Positions 44,120 to 54,829 of a stretch of 64,000 bases of DNA are shown here, piece after piece. The notes beneath the pieces are model-generated. The model was not told the origin of the DNA and did not search any database. It was given only the letters and a program-made list of their open reading frames with translations. The position numbers were made by a program, and so were the translations under genes. The stretch is taken from the NCBI RefSeq assembly GCF_000027125.1, contig NC_017626.1; one strand, given 5' to 3'. Position 1 is the stretch's first letter. Every line of letters begins with the position of its first letter. The stretch comes from Escherichia coli 042. Lineage in GTDB: Bacteria; Pseudomonadota; Gammaproteobacteria; Enterobacterales; Enterobacteriaceae.

Positions 44120-44977
44120 TTAATGGTGATCGTTTTCACGCAGATAAATGACCCAGTATGTCAACCCAACCAACAAACCACCGCCGATAATATTACCGAT
44201 CGTAACCGGAATCAGGTTATCAGTGATGAAGTTCATCACGGTCAGGTGAGAAAAATTTTCCGGTGCAGAACCGACAGCGGTCCAGAATTCCGGAGATGCG
44301 AAGTCGCGGATTACAATACCCATCGGGATCATAAACATGTTTGCGATACTGTGCTCAAAACCGCTGGCAACAAACATCGCGACCGGCAGCACCATAATGA
44401 ACGCTTTGTCCATCAGGCTGCGGCCAGAATAACTCATCCATACTGCCAGACATACCATCAGGTTTGCCAGGATACCAAGACAGACGGCCTCAATAAAAGT
44501 ATGATGCACTTTGTGGTCGGCGGTTTGTAGGACGTTTAGTCCCCATTGACCATTTGCGGTCATATACTCGCCGGAAAGCCACATTAAAAGTACAAACAGC
44601 AGTGCGCCGACCAGGTTGCCAAAATAGACATTTAGCCAGTTTTTCGCCAACTGACCCCAGGTGATGCGCCCACTCGCCTTAGCAACAACAATCAACACTG
44701 TGGAAGTAAAGAGATCGGCTCCGCAGACAACACAAAGAATCAGCCCCAGAGAGAAGCAAATGCCGCCAACCAGTTTTGCCATGCCGAAGGGCATTGTGCC
44801 TGTGCCAGTGGTTGCTGTGATATAGAAGACGAATGCGATTGAGATGAAAACACCGGCGGTAATCGCCAGATAGAAAGTCTTAAGCGGATGTTTCGTTGCT
44901 TTATAGACACCTGCCTCTTCGGCCACTTTGGCCATTGCTGCAGGAAGTAAAAGATCAAAAGGGTTGTCAGCTTTCAC
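44120..44977 (-). CDS. focA: Formate channel FocA (FNT family)
   Basis: ORF 44120-45316 runs open upstream; the start that matches the FocA N-terminus is GTG at 44977-44975, giving VKADNPFDLLLPAAMAKVAEEAGVYKATKHPLKTFYLAITAGVFISIAF... (285 aa). Confidence 0.9.
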   Translation of the reverse strand: MKADNPFDLLLPAAMAKVAEEAGVYKATKHPLKTFYLAITAGVFISIAFVFYITATTGTGTMPFGMAKLVGGICFSLGLILCVVCGADLFTSTVLIVVAKASGRITWGQLAKNWLNVYFGNLVGALLFVLLMWLSGEYMTANGQWGLNVLQTADHKVHHTFIEAVCLGILANLMVCLAVWMSYSGRSLMDKAFIMVLPVAMFVASGFEHSIANMFMIPMGIVIRDFASPEFWTAVGSAPENFSHLTVMNFITDNLIPVTIGNIIGGGLLVGLTYWVIYLRENDHH

Positions 44978-45037
44978 ACTAACTCTCTCTTTATTAAGTC
45001 GGCGACGAGATACTAACAAAGCATTATAGATGAGAAA

Positions 45038-45051
45038 TTGATATAGATCAT
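45038..45051 (-). promoter_or_regulatory. FNR-type box (TTGAT-N4-ATCAT) in the focA-pflB upstream region
   Basis: ttgatatagatcat about 60 bp upstream of the focA start within a roughly 400-bp AT-rich region; the focA-pflB operon is a classic FNR/ArcA-activated, multi-promoter anaerobic operon. Confidence 0.55.
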
Positions 45052-45382
45052 ATCTCGCCTGGCTTATAGGCCCGTAACTCGCATGGTTTTTATGCCAATA
45101 CGGAGTAAATATTTGATTATCCAAATAAAAATAAATTTTAAAAATTAACAAATGAGTTGAATTTTTTCCGCATCCTCCGCTAAAACAGTTAATTAAAAGG
45201 GAGCACCAGGCGAATAAAGTAACAATATCGATCGTATTTATTAAATACAAATTACCGATATTTAACTTTATAATTACAATTATTTTATTAATGCAAATAT
45301 ATGTAAAGCGGGGCATTAAAAAAACGCCCCGTAATATAACTCAGACGAATCATTAAGCCTACATTGCGTAGGCTATTTGATT

Positions 45383-47143
45383 TTATTTTGCCCAGAATGC
45401 TGCTTTGGCGCGCTGCAGCTTTTCGTAGGCCTTCAACAACGACTGATGTGCAGCAAACGCGTGCAGATCGCAATCTACTGGTTGCAAGCCATAAAACGCC
45501 GCTTCGCTGCTCATTGCCGCACTGGCGGCTTCCACGGCATCTGCGCCGTACATGCGAACAAACGCATTCAAATATTGCAGCGGCTGGCGATCTTCTTCCT
45601 GCGCCAGTAATAACAACGTTTGCAGGCAGCGATAATAGTTGGCGCGTTCCGGACTAAATACTGATGAGTTAAACTCCATCGTCCATTCGGTCCAGACCAG
45701 AGCCTGTTCCAGATCGCCACCAGCCAGCGCCAGCATGGCTTTTAATTCTCCGATACGCAGGGTGTACCAACCGTTATCCGACCCGGTCGCCAGACCCAAC
45801 AGCTCACGCACGCGAGTAAAGTCATCAAAACCTTCTTCATCCAGTTGCTCGATAAGGTTCAGGTAATCTTCTTTTTCCCACTCGCTGCCTGGTAACGAAA
45901 GAATCGTTTCACGTAAATGGCTGCCCATACTGTTATTCGCTAACCACAAATCTTCAGCCGGATAAATATCGGACATGCCAGGCACGATAATTCGGCAAGC
46001 ATAAACGCCCAGATGCTCGTAATCGGCAATATAAACTTCTTTATCTTCTTTGTTGAAGATAGCCATCAGCGTAGCAAACTCTTCTTCCGTAGTGCCGGAG
46101 AAATTCCAGTCCACAAACGGATAATCGGCATCCAGCTTGAACAGGTCCCAGGAGATTAAACCGCTGGAATCGATAAAGTGCGTTTCGAGGTTGGTATGTT
46201 CAGCAACTTCTTCATCATCGAAGGTTGGCGGAGTAAACACATCCAAATCTTTCAGGCCACGACCTTGCAGCAGCTCGGTCACGGTACGTTCCAGTGCTAC
46301 GCCAAAATCAGGATGTGCACCGAAAGAGGCAAAGCAGGTGCCGTTAGCAGGATTAAACAGAACCACGCAAATCACCGGATACTGGCCGCCAAGGGAACCA
46401 TCATATGCGAAGATCGGGAAACCTTCTGCTTCCAGCGTTTCGATGGCTTCAACCACCGCAGGGTAACGCGCCAGCACGTCTGCCGGGATTTCCGGCAAGC
46501 TGATGCTTTCAGCAATAATGCGGTTTTTCACGTAGCGTTCGAAAACTTCGGACAACCCCTGAACGCGTGCTTCGTTACGGGTATTGCCAGCGGACATACC
46601 GTTAGAAACGTACAGGTTACCAATGATATTCATCGGAATATAAACGGTCTGATTATCTGACTGGCGCGTAAACGGCAGACCGCAAATACCACGATCTTCG
46701 TTACCGGATTGTAGGTCAATCAGCATACTGCCGGTCAATTCATTCTCCGGATCGTAAAATGCGCGCAGACGGTCATCGAGCAGCCCTTCTGGCACATCGT
46801 CATTTTCGCTCAGTGGGAACCATTTTTCGTTGGGATAATGCACGAACGGACCGTTGGCGATGGTTTCGCCCAGCCAGAAATCAGCAAAAAAGTAGTTGGT
46901 TGAGAGACGCTCGAAATATTCACCGAGTGCAGAAGCCAGCGCCGCTTTTTTGGTTGCGCCTTTACCGTTGGTAAAACACAGTGCGCACTCTTTGTCGCGA
47001 ATATGTACAGACCAGACGTTAGGCACCGGATTCAGCCAGGAGGCCTCTTCAATCTGAAAGCCGAGGTCTGAAAGTTTTTGCTGGAAGCGAGCGATGGAAT
47101 CTTCCAGTGCGGCATCTTTGCCGGGGATAAATGTTTGCGTCAT
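45383..47143 (-). CDS. ycaO: YcaO-domain protein (ATP-dependent; works with RimO in ribosomal protein S12 methylthiolation)
   Basis: ORF 45383-47176; start refined to MTQTFIPGKDAALEDSIARFQQKLSDLGFQIEEASWLNPVPNVWSVHIRDK... (586 aa). Confidence 0.9.
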   Translation of the reverse strand: MTQTFIPGKDAALEDSIARFQQKLSDLGFQIEEASWLNPVPNVWSVHIRDKECALCFTNGKGATKKAALASALGEYFERLSTNYFFADFWLGETIANGPFVHYPNEKWFPLSENDDVPEGLLDDRLRAFYDPENELTGSMLIDLQSGNEDRGICGLPFTRQSDNQTVYIPMNIIGNLYVSNGMSAGNTRNEARVQGLSEVFERYVKNRIIAESISLPEIPADVLARYPAVVEAIETLEAEGFPIFAYDGSLGGQYPVICVVLFNPANGTCFASFGAHPDFGVALERTVTELLQGRGLKDLDVFTPPTFDDEEVAEHTNLETHFIDSSGLISWDLFKLDADYPFVDWNFSGTTEEEFATLMAIFNKEDKEVYIADYEHLGVYACRIIVPGMSDIYPAEDLWLANNSMGSHLRETILSLPGSEWEKEDYLNLIEQLDEEGFDDFTRVRELLGLATGSDNGWYTLRIGELKAMLALAGGDLEQALVWTEWTMEFNSSVFSPERANYYRCLQTLLLLAQEEDRQPLQYLNAFVRMYGADAVEAASAAMSSEAAFYGLQPVDCDLHAFAAHQSLLKAYEKLQRAKAAFWAK

Positions 47144-47272
47144 GAAAATCACTTTAGTCGTACGGAAAGCGCGCAATAATACGGGTTTTATCTCAAAGGC
47201 GCTATCACCGCCGCCATGCCGATGAACTGTTGACTATGCTTTTAGTGGATAAACCACGATAAGAGCATAAAA

Positions 47273-47965
47273 ATGAAGGCGTTCGATCTCCACCGTATGG
47301 CATTTGATAAAGTGCCTTTTGATTTCCTTGGCGAAGTGGCACTACGTAGTCTTTATACCTTTGTACTGGTTTTTTTGTTCCTCAAAATGACCGGAAGACG
47401 CGGTGTGCGGCAGATGTCGCTTTTTGAAGTGTTAATCATTCTGACGCTGGGATCAGCGGCGGGAGATGTGGCGTTTTATGATGATGTGCCGATGGTCCCG
47501 GTACTTATCGTCTTTATTACTCTGGCGTTGTTATACCGCCTGGTAATGTGGTTGATGGCACACAGTGAAAAACTGGAAGATCTTCTGGAAGGTAAGCCGG
47601 TTGTCATTATTGAAGATGGCGAGCTGGCCTGGTCAAAACTCAATAACTCCAACATGACGGAATTTGAGTTCTTTATGGAGCTACGATTGCGCGGTGTAGA
47701 GCAGTTGGGGCAGGTACGTCTGGCGATTCTCGAAACCAACGGGCAAATCAGTGTCTATTTCTTTGAAGATGACAAGGTGAAACCGGGCTTACTTATTTTA
47801 CCCAGTGACTGTACTCAGCGTTACAAAGTGGTACCCGAGTCGGCGGACTATGCCTGCATTCGTTGCAGTGAAATCATTCATATGAACGCGGGGGAAAAAC
47901 AATTATGTCCGCGCTGTGCAAATCCAGAATGGACGAAGGCAAGTCGGGCAAAACGGGTGACGTGA
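47273..47965 (+). CDS. ycaP: DUF421-family inner-membrane protein
   Basis: 230 aa MKAFDLHRMAFDKVPFDFLGEVALRSLYTFVLVFLFLKMTGRRGVRQMSLFEVLIILTLG... Confidence 0.82.
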   Translation: MKAFDLHRMAFDKVPFDFLGEVALRSLYTFVLVFLFLKMTGRRGVRQMSLFEVLIILTLGSAAGDVAFYDDVPMVPVLIVFITLALLYRLVMWLMAHSEKLEDLLEGKPVVIIEDGELAWSKLNNSNMTEFEFFMELRLRGVEQLGQVRLAILETNGQISVYFFEDDKVKPGLLILPSDCTQRYKVVPESADYACIRCSEIIHMNAGEKQLCPRCANPEWTKASRAKRVT

Positions 47966-48011
47966 CAGTAAAAACATCGGCTTTTTGCTAATAATCCGAG
48001 AGATTCTTTTG

Positions 48012-48027
48012 TGTGATGCAAGCCACA
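48012..48027 (+). promoter_or_regulatory. Candidate CRP site (TGTGA-N6-CCACA) upstream of serC
   Basis: tgtgatgcaagccaca about 150 bp upstream of the serC start; serC-aroA is known to be CRP- and Lrp-regulated. Tentative. Confidence 0.4.
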
Positions 48028-48163
48028 TTTTTGCCCTCAACGGTTTTACTCATTGCGATGTGTGTCACTGAATGATAAAACCGATAGCCACAGGAATAAT
48101 GTATTACCTGTGGTCGCAATCGATTGACCGCGGGTTAATAGCAACGCAACGTGGTGAGGGGAA

Positions 48164-49252
48164 ATGGCTCAAATCTTCAATTTTAGTTCTGGTCCGGCAA
48201 TGCTACCGGCAGAGGTGCTTAAACAGGCTCAACAGGAACTGCGCGACTGGAACGGTCTTGGTACGTCGGTGATGGAAGTGAGTCACCGTGGCAAAGAGTT
48301 CATTCAGGTTGCAGAGGAAGCCGAGAAGGATTTTCGCGATCTTCTTAACATCCCCTCCAACTACAAAGTATTGTTCTGCCATGGCGGCGGTCGCGGTCAG
48401 TTTGCTGCTGTTCCGCTAAATATTCTCGGTGATAAAACCACCGCAGATTATGTTGATGCCGGTTACTGGGCGGCAAGTGCCATTAAAGAAGCGAAAAAAT
48501 ATTGCACGCCTAATGTCTTCGACGCCAAAGTGACTGTTGATGGTCTGCGCGCGGTTAAGCCAATGCGCGAATGGCAACTCTCTGATAATGCAGCTTATAT
48601 GCATTACTGCCCGAATGAAACCATCGACGGTATCGCTATCGACGAAACGCCAGACTTCGGCAAAGATGTGGTGGTCGCCGCCGACTTCTCTTCAACCATT
48701 CTTTCCCGTCCGATTGACGTCAGCCGTTATGGTGTAATTTACGCTGGCGCGCAGAAAAATATCGGCCCGGCTGGCCTGACAATCGTCATCGTTCGTGAAG
48801 ATTTGCTGGGCAAAGCGAATATCGCGTGTCCGTCGATTCTGGATTATTTCATTCTCAACGATAACGACTCCATGTTTAACACGCCGCCGACATTTGCCTG
48901 GTATCTGTCTGGTCTGGTCTTTAAATGGCTGAAAGCGAACGGCGGTGTAGCTGCAATGGATAAAATCAATCAGCAAAAAGCAGAACTGCTGTATGGGGTG
49001 ATTGATAACAGCGATTTCTACCGCAATGACGTGGCGAAAGCTAACCGTTCGCGGATGAACGTGCCGTTCCAGTTGGCGGACAGTGCGCTTGACAAATTGT
49101 TCCTTGAAGAGTCTTTTGCTGCTGGCCTTCATGCGCTGAAAGGTCACCGTGTGGTCGGCGGAATGCGCGCGTCTATTTATAACGCCATGCCGCTGGAAGG
49201 CGTTAAAGCGCTGACAGACTTCATGGTTGAGTTCGAACGCCGTCACGGCTAA
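48164..49252 (+). CDS. serC: Phosphoserine aminotransferase
   Basis: 362 aa [61 protein letters not shown]... Confidence 0.96.
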   Translation: MAQIFNFSSGPAMLPAEVLKQAQQELRDWNGLGTSVMEVSHRGKEFIQVAEEAEKDFRDLLNIPSNYKVLFCHGGGRGQFAAVPLNILGDKTTADYVDAGYWAASAIKEAKKYCTPNVFDAKVTVDGLRAVKPMREWQLSDNAAYMHYCPNETIDGIAIDETPDFGKDVVVAADFSSTILSRPIDVSRYGVIYAGAQKNIGPAGLTIVIVREDLLGKANIACPSILDYFILNDNDSMFNTPPTFAWYLSGLVFKWLKANGGVAAMDKINQQKAELLYGVIDNSDFYRNDVAKANRSRMNVPFQLADSALDKLFLEESFAAGLHALKGHRVVGGMRASIYNAMPLEGVKALTDFMVEFERRHG

Positions 49253-49270
49253 TGCCGAAATTTTGCTTAA

Positions 49271-49298
49271 TCCCCACAGCCAGCCTGTGGGGTTTTTA
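49271..49298 (+). terminator. Hairpin/attenuator between serC and aroA
   Basis: ccccacagcc-agc-ctgtgggg followed by tttttattt in the 70-bp serC-aroA gap; this is probably a partial terminator, since aroA is co-transcribed with serC. Confidence 0.65.
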
Positions 49299-49322
49299 TT
49301 TCTGTTGTAGAGAGTTGAGTTC

Positions 49323-50606
49323 ATGGAATCCCTGACGTTACAACCCATCGCTCGTGTCGATGGCACTATTAATCTGCCCGGTTCCAAGAGCGTTTCTAAC
49401 CGCGCTTTATTGCTGGCGGCATTAGCACACGGCAAAACAGTATTAACCAATCTGCTGGATAGCGATGACGTGCGCCATATGCTGAATGCATTAGCAGCGT
49501 TAGGGGTAAGCTATACGCTTTCAGCTGATCGTACGTGTTGCGAAATTATCGGTAACGGCGGTCCATTACACGCAGAAGGTGCCCTGGAGTTGTTCCTCGG
49601 AAACGCCGGAACGGCAATGCGCCCGCTGGCGGCAGCTCTTTGTCTGGGTAGCAATGATATTGTGCTGACTGGTGAGCCGCGTATGAAAGAGCGCCCGATT
49701 GGTCATCTGGTGGATGCGCTGCGCCTGGGCGGGGCGAAGATCACTTACCTGGAACAAGAAAATTATCCGCCATTGCATTTACAGGGCAGCTTTACTGGCG
49801 GCAACGTTGACGTTGATGGCTCCGTTTCCAGCCAGTTCCTCACCGCACTATTAATGACTGCGCCTCTTGCGCCGGAAGATACGGTTATTCGTATTAAAGG
49901 CGATCTGGTTTCTAAACCTTATATCGACATCACACTCAATCTGATGAAGACGTTTGGTGTTGAAATTGAAAATCAGCACTATCAACAATTTGTCGTAAAA
50001 GGCGGGCAGTCTTATCAGTCTCCGGGTACTTATTTGGTCGAAGGCGATGCATCTTCGGCTTCTTACTTCCTGGCAGCAGCAGCAATCAGAGGCGGCACTG
50101 TAAAAGTGACCGGCATTGGACGCAACAGTATGCAGGGTGATATTCGCTTTGCTGATGTGCTGGAAAAAATGGGCGCGACTATTTGCTGGGGCGACGATTA
50201 TATTTCCTGCACGCGTGGTGAACTGAACGCTATTGATATGGATATGAACCATATTCCCGATGCGGCGATGACCATTGCCACGGCGGCGTTATTTGCAAAA
50301 GGCACCACCACGCTGCGCAATATCTATAACTGGCGTGTTAAAGAGACCGATCGCCTGTTTGCGATGGCAACAGAACTGCGTAAAGTTGGTGCGGAAGTAG
50401 AAGAGGGGCACGATTACATTCGTATCACTCCACCGGAAAAACTGAACTTTGCCGAGATCGCGACATACAATGATCACCGGATGGCGATGTGTTTCTCGCT
50501 GGTGGCGTTGTCAGATACACCAGTGACGATTCTTGATCCCAAATGTACGGCCAAAACATTTCCGGATTATTTCGAGCAGCTGGCGCGGATTAGCCAGGCA
50601 GCCTGA
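49323..50606 (+). CDS. aroA: 3-phosphoshikimate 1-carboxyvinyltransferase (EPSP synthase)
   Basis: 427 aa [57 protein letters not shown]... Confidence 0.96.
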   Translation: MESLTLQPIARVDGTINLPGSKSVSNRALLLAALAHGKTVLTNLLDSDDVRHMLNALAALGVSYTLSADRTCCEIIGNGGPLHAEGALELFLGNAGTAMRPLAAALCLGSNDIVLTGEPRMKERPIGHLVDALRLGGAKITYLEQENYPPLHLQGSFTGGNVDVDGSVSSQFLTALLMTAPLAPEDTVIRIKGDLVSKPYIDITLNLMKTFGVEIENQHYQQFVVKGGQSYQSPGTYLVEGDASSASYFLAAAAIRGGTVKVTGIGRNSMQGDIRFADVLEKMGATICWGDDYISCTRGELNAIDMDMNHIPDAAMTIATAALFAKGTTTLRNIYNWRVKETDRLFAMATELRKVGAEVEEGHDYIRITPPEKLNFAEIATYNDHRMAMCFSLVALSDTPVTILDPKCTAKTFPDYFEQLARISQAA

Positions 50607-50774
50607 ATGAACAACGGGCAATAAATAGCCAAATCTTTCTTTATCAAAACGTCGGCACATTGTCGGCGTTTTTTTTCGGACCTTGTGAGTCATTTTGATT
50701 AATGGTAGCGTCGCTTGTCAATGTAAGTTGTTGATACATAATATTTATATATGATTAATCAACGGATGATTCAC

Positions 50775-51539
50775 ATGAAGAATACTAAATTACTGCTGGC
50801 GATTGCGGCTTCTGCAGCATTACTGACAGGGTGTCAAAATACCCACGGTATTGATACCAATATGGCTATCAGCTCAGGTTTAAATGCCTATAAAGCAGCA
50901 ACGTTAAGCGATGCTGATGCAAAAGCGATTGCCAATCAGGGCTGTGCCGAAATGGACAGCGGCAATCAAGTCGCAAGTAAATCCAGCAAGTACGGTAAAC
51001 GTCTGGCAAAAATCGCCAAAGCATTGGGTAACAATATTAATGGCACGCCGGTCAACTATAAGGTTTATATGACCAGCGACGTCAACGCATGGGCGATGGC
51101 GAACGGCTGTGTTCGTGTCTACAGTGGCCTGATGGACATGATGAACGACAACGAAATTGAAGGCGTTCTGGGTCATGAACTGGGCCACGTCGCGTTGGGT
51201 CACTCGCTGGCTGAAATGAAAGCTTCTTATGCGATCGTTGCCGCACGTGATGCGATTTCCGCTACCAGCGGTGTGGCTTCCCAGCTTTCTCGCTCACAAT
51301 TAGGTGATATCGCAGAAGGCGCGATCAATGCTAAATACTCCCGCGATAAAGAGTCCGAAGCAGATGATTTCTCCTTTGAACTGTTGAAGAAACGTGGCAT
51401 CAGCACCCAGGGGCTGGTTGGCAGCTTTGAAAAATTGGCCAGCCTGGATGGCGGTCGTACCCAGTCCATGTTTGACTCTCACCCACCATCAACAGAGCGT
51501 GCGCAACACATCCGTGATCGTATCGCCTCTGGTAAGTAA
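50775..51539 (+). CDS. ycaL: M48-family metalloprotease lipoprotein
   Basis: ORF 50751-51539; start refined to MKNTKLLLAIAASAALLTGCQ (lipobox); HELGH zinc motif (LGHELGHVALGH); 254 aa. Confidence 0.87.
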   Translation: MKNTKLLLAIAASAALLTGCQNTHGIDTNMAISSGLNAYKAATLSDADAKAIANQGCAEMDSGNQVASKSSKYGKRLAKIAKALGNNINGTPVNYKVYMTSDVNAWAMANGCVRVYSGLMDMMNDNEIEGVLGHELGHVALGHSLAEMKASYAIVAARDAISATSGVASQLSRSQLGDIAEGAINAKYSRDKESEADDFSFELLKKRGISTQGLVGSFEKLASLDGGRTQSMFDSHPPSTERAQHIRDRIASGK

Positions 51540-51711
51540 ATCATTGTCATCTTTCGGGCTGGTCTTCTGCCAGCCCGCTATAATTGCGCAATAAATCCCC
51601 ATCTGAACACAGACAAAACTGGTTTTTGCACACAACGTTAACGATTTGTGGCGTCGGCGCGTATAATGCGCGCGGTTATGTTAACGGTACGCCTGTTTTA
51701 AGGAGATAAAG

Positions 51712-52395
51712 ATGACGGCAATTGCCCCGGTTATTACCATTGATGGCCCAAGCGGTGCAGGGAAAGGCACCTTGTGTAAGGCTATGGCGGAAGCGTTGCA
51801 ATGGCATCTGCTGGACTCGGGTGCAATTTATCGCGTACTGGCACTGGCGGCATTACATCACCATGTTGATGTTGCATCGGAAGATGCGCTCGTGCCGCTG
51901 GCATCCCATCTGGATGTACGTTTTGTGTCGACCAATGGCAATCTGGAAGTGATCCTCGAAGGGGAAGATGTCAGCGGCGAAATTCGTACTCAGGAAGTGG
52001 CGAATGCTGCTTCACAAGTCGCGGCATTCCCACGCGTTCGTGAAGCATTATTGCGTCGCCAACGCGCGTTTCGCGAATTACCAGGCTTGATTGCCGATGG
52101 CCGCGATATGGGAACGGTGGTATTCCCTGATGCGCCAGTGAAAATTTTCCTTGACGCCTCCTCGGAAGAACGTGCGCATCGCCGCATGCTACAGTTGCAG
52201 GAGAAGGGCTTTAGTGTTAACTTTGAGCGCCTTTTGGCCGAGATCAAAGAACGCGACGACCGCGATCGTAACCGAGCGGTAGCGCCACTGGTTCCGGCAG
52301 CCGATGCTTTAGTGTTGGATTCCACCACCTTAAGCATTGAGCAAGTGATTGAAAAAGCGCTACAATACGCGCGCCAGAAATTGGCTCTCGCATAA
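51712..52395 (+). CDS. cmk: Cytidylate kinase
   Basis: 227 aa [48 protein letters not shown]... (P-loop GPSGAGKGT). Confidence 0.94.
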
Positions 52396-52505
52396 GCGAC
52401 CGAATTTGCAGTACCCCCGTTGCAATGGAATGACAGCGGGTATGTTAAACAACCCCATCCGGCATGGAGCCAGGTGGACGTTAAATATAAACCTGAAGAT
52501 TAAAC
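52396..52505 (+). promoter_or_regulatory. rpsA 5' leader / translational operator region
   Basis: 110-bp untranslated gap upstream of rpsA; S1 synthesis is known to be autoregulated through its structured leader. Boundaries are only approximate. Confidence 0.4.
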
Positions 52506-54179
52506 ATGACTGAATCTTTTGCTCAACTCTTTGAAGAGTCCTTAAAAGAAATCGAAACCCGCCCGGGTTCTATCGTTCGTGGCGTTGTTGTTGCTATCGA
52601 CAAAGACGTAGTACTGGTTGACGCTGGTCTGAAATCTGAGTCCGCCATCCCGGCTGAGCAGTTCAAAAACGCCCAGGGCGAGCTGGAAATCCAGGTAGGT
52701 GACGAAGTTGACGTTGCTCTGGACGCAGTAGAAGACGGCTTCGGTGAAACTCTGCTGTCCCGTGAGAAAGCTAAACGTCACGAAGCCTGGATCACGCTGG
52801 AAAAAGCTTACGAAGATGCTGAAACTGTTACCGGTGTTATCAACGGCAAAGTTAAGGGCGGCTTCACTGTTGAGCTGAACGGTATTCGTGCGTTCCTGCC
52901 AGGTTCTCTGGTAGACGTTCGTCCGGTGCGTGACACTCTGCACCTGGAAGGCAAAGAGCTTGAATTCAAAGTAATCAAGCTGGATCAGAAGCGCAACAAC
53001 GTTGTTGTTTCTCGTCGTGCCGTTATCGAATCCGAAAACAGCGCAGAGCGCGATCAGCTGCTGGAAAACCTGCAGGAAGGCATGGAAGTTAAAGGTATCG
53101 TTAAGAACCTCACTGACTACGGTGCATTCGTTGATCTGGGCGGCGTTGACGGCCTGCTGCACATCACTGATATGGCCTGGAAACGCGTTAAGCATCCGAG
53201 CGAAATCGTCAACGTGGGCGACGAAATCACTGTTAAAGTGCTGAAGTTCGACCGCGAACGTACCCGTGTATCCTTGGGCCTGAAACAGCTGGGCGAAGAT
53301 CCGTGGGTAGCTATCGCTAAACGTTATCCGGAAGGTACCAAACTGACTGGTCGCGTGACCAACCTGACCGACTACGGCTGCTTCGTTGAAATCGAAGAAG
53401 GCGTTGAAGGCCTGGTACACGTTTCCGAAATGGATTGGACCAACAAAAACATCCACCCGTCCAAAGTTGTTAACGTTGGCGATGTAGTGGAAGTTATGGT
53501 TCTGGATATCGACGAAGAACGTCGTCGTATCTCCCTGGGTCTGAAACAGTGCAAAGCTAACCCGTGGCAGCAGTTTGCGGAAACCCACAACAAGGGTGAC
53601 CGTGTTGAAGGTAAAATCAAGTCTATCACTGACTTCGGTATCTTCATCGGCCTGGACGGCGGCATCGACGGCCTGGTTCACCTGTCTGACATCTCCTGGA
53701 ACGTTGCAGGCGAAGAAGCAGTTCGTGAATACAAAAAAGGCGACGAAATCGCTGCAGTTGTTCTGCAGGTTGACGCAGAACGTGAACGTATCTCCCTGGG
53801 CGTTAAACAGCTCGCAGAAGATCCGTTCAACAACTGGGTTGCTCTGAACAAGAAAGGCGCTATCGTAACCGGTAAAGTAACTGCAGTTGACGCTAAAGGC
53901 GCAACCGTAGAACTGGCTGACGGCGTTGAAGGTTACCTGCGTGCTTCTGAAGCATCCCGTGACCGCGTTGAAGACGCTACCCTGGTTCTGAGCGTTGGCG
54001 ACGAAGTTGAAGCTAAATTCACCGGCGTTGATCGTAAAAACCGCGCAATCAGCCTGTCTGTTCGTGCGAAAGACGAAGCTGACGAGAAAGATGCAATCGC
54101 AACTGTTAACAAACAGGAAGATGCAAACTTCTCCAACAACGCAATGGCTGAAGCTTTCAAAGCAGCTAAAGGCGAGTAA
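52506..54179 (+). CDS. rpsA: 30S ribosomal protein S1
   Basis: 557 aa [53 protein letters not shown]...; six S1 domains. Confidence 0.97.
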
Positions 54180-54186
54180 TTCTCTG

Positions 54187-54215
54187 ACTCTTCGGGATTT
54201 TTATTCCGAAGTTTG
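54187..54215 (+). terminator. Probable terminator/attenuator after rpsA
   Basis: Stem cttcgg/ccgaag (54190-54195 and 54205-54210) with a T-rich loop, followed by tttgttg. Confidence 0.45.
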
Positions 54216-54338
54216 TTGAGTTTACTTGACAGATTGCAGGTTTCGTCCTGTAATCAAGCACTAAGGGCGGCTACGGCCGCCCTTAATCAATGCAGCAACA
54301 GCAGCCGCTTAATTTGCCTTTAAGGAACCGGAGGAATC

Positions 54339-54623
54339 ATGACCAAGTCAGAATTGATAGAAAGACTTGCCACCCAGCAATCGCACATTCCCGCCAAGAC
54401 GGTTGAAGATGCAGTAAAAGAGATGCTGGAGCATATGGCCTCGACTCTTGCGCAGGGCGAGCGTATTGAAATCCGCGGTTTCGGCAGTTTCTCTTTGCAC
54501 TACCGCGCACCACGTACCGGACGTAATCCGAAGACTGGCGATAAAGTAGAACTGGAAGGAAAATACGTTCCTCACTTTAAACCAGGTAAAGAACTGCGCG
54601 ATCGCGCCAATATTTACGGTTAA
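54339..54623 (+). CDS. ihfB: Integration host factor beta subunit
   Basis: 94 aa [94 protein letters not shown]. Confidence 0.97.
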
Positions 54624-54649
54624 GTTTTTACTCAAACTTGAACGCGAGA

Positions 54650-54676
54650 AAAGCACCTGTCGGGTGCTTTTTTCAT
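54650..54676 (+). terminator. Rho-independent terminator of ihfB
   Basis: aagcacc-tgtcg-ggtgctt followed by ttttttc. Confidence 0.8.
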
Positions 54677-54829
54677 TTCTCTAATCTGGAACTGGAAGCA
54701 GCCTCGCAGAGTTTTGAACAGTTTTCACCCTCTCGTTAAATTCTTCTGAACGTGCCTCGGGGAACGCAAAACTCCCACCAGACAACCGCTCAACAAAGTT
54801 GCACACTTTCCATAAACAGGGAGGGGTGC

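Noticed and set aside
45383-47143. YcaO-domain gene as a possible marker of a RiPP (azoline/thioamide) biosynthetic cluster
   Set aside because: This is the stand-alone housekeeping E. coli-type ycaO in its conserved focA/ycaP context. There is no adjacent precursor peptide, E1-like or dehydrogenase partner, or transporter, so there is no evidence for a RiPP cluster.
52542-53681. 379-aa reverse-strand ORF inside rpsA
   Set aside because: Antisense shadow ORF of the highly expressed ribosomal protein S1 gene; no independent support.
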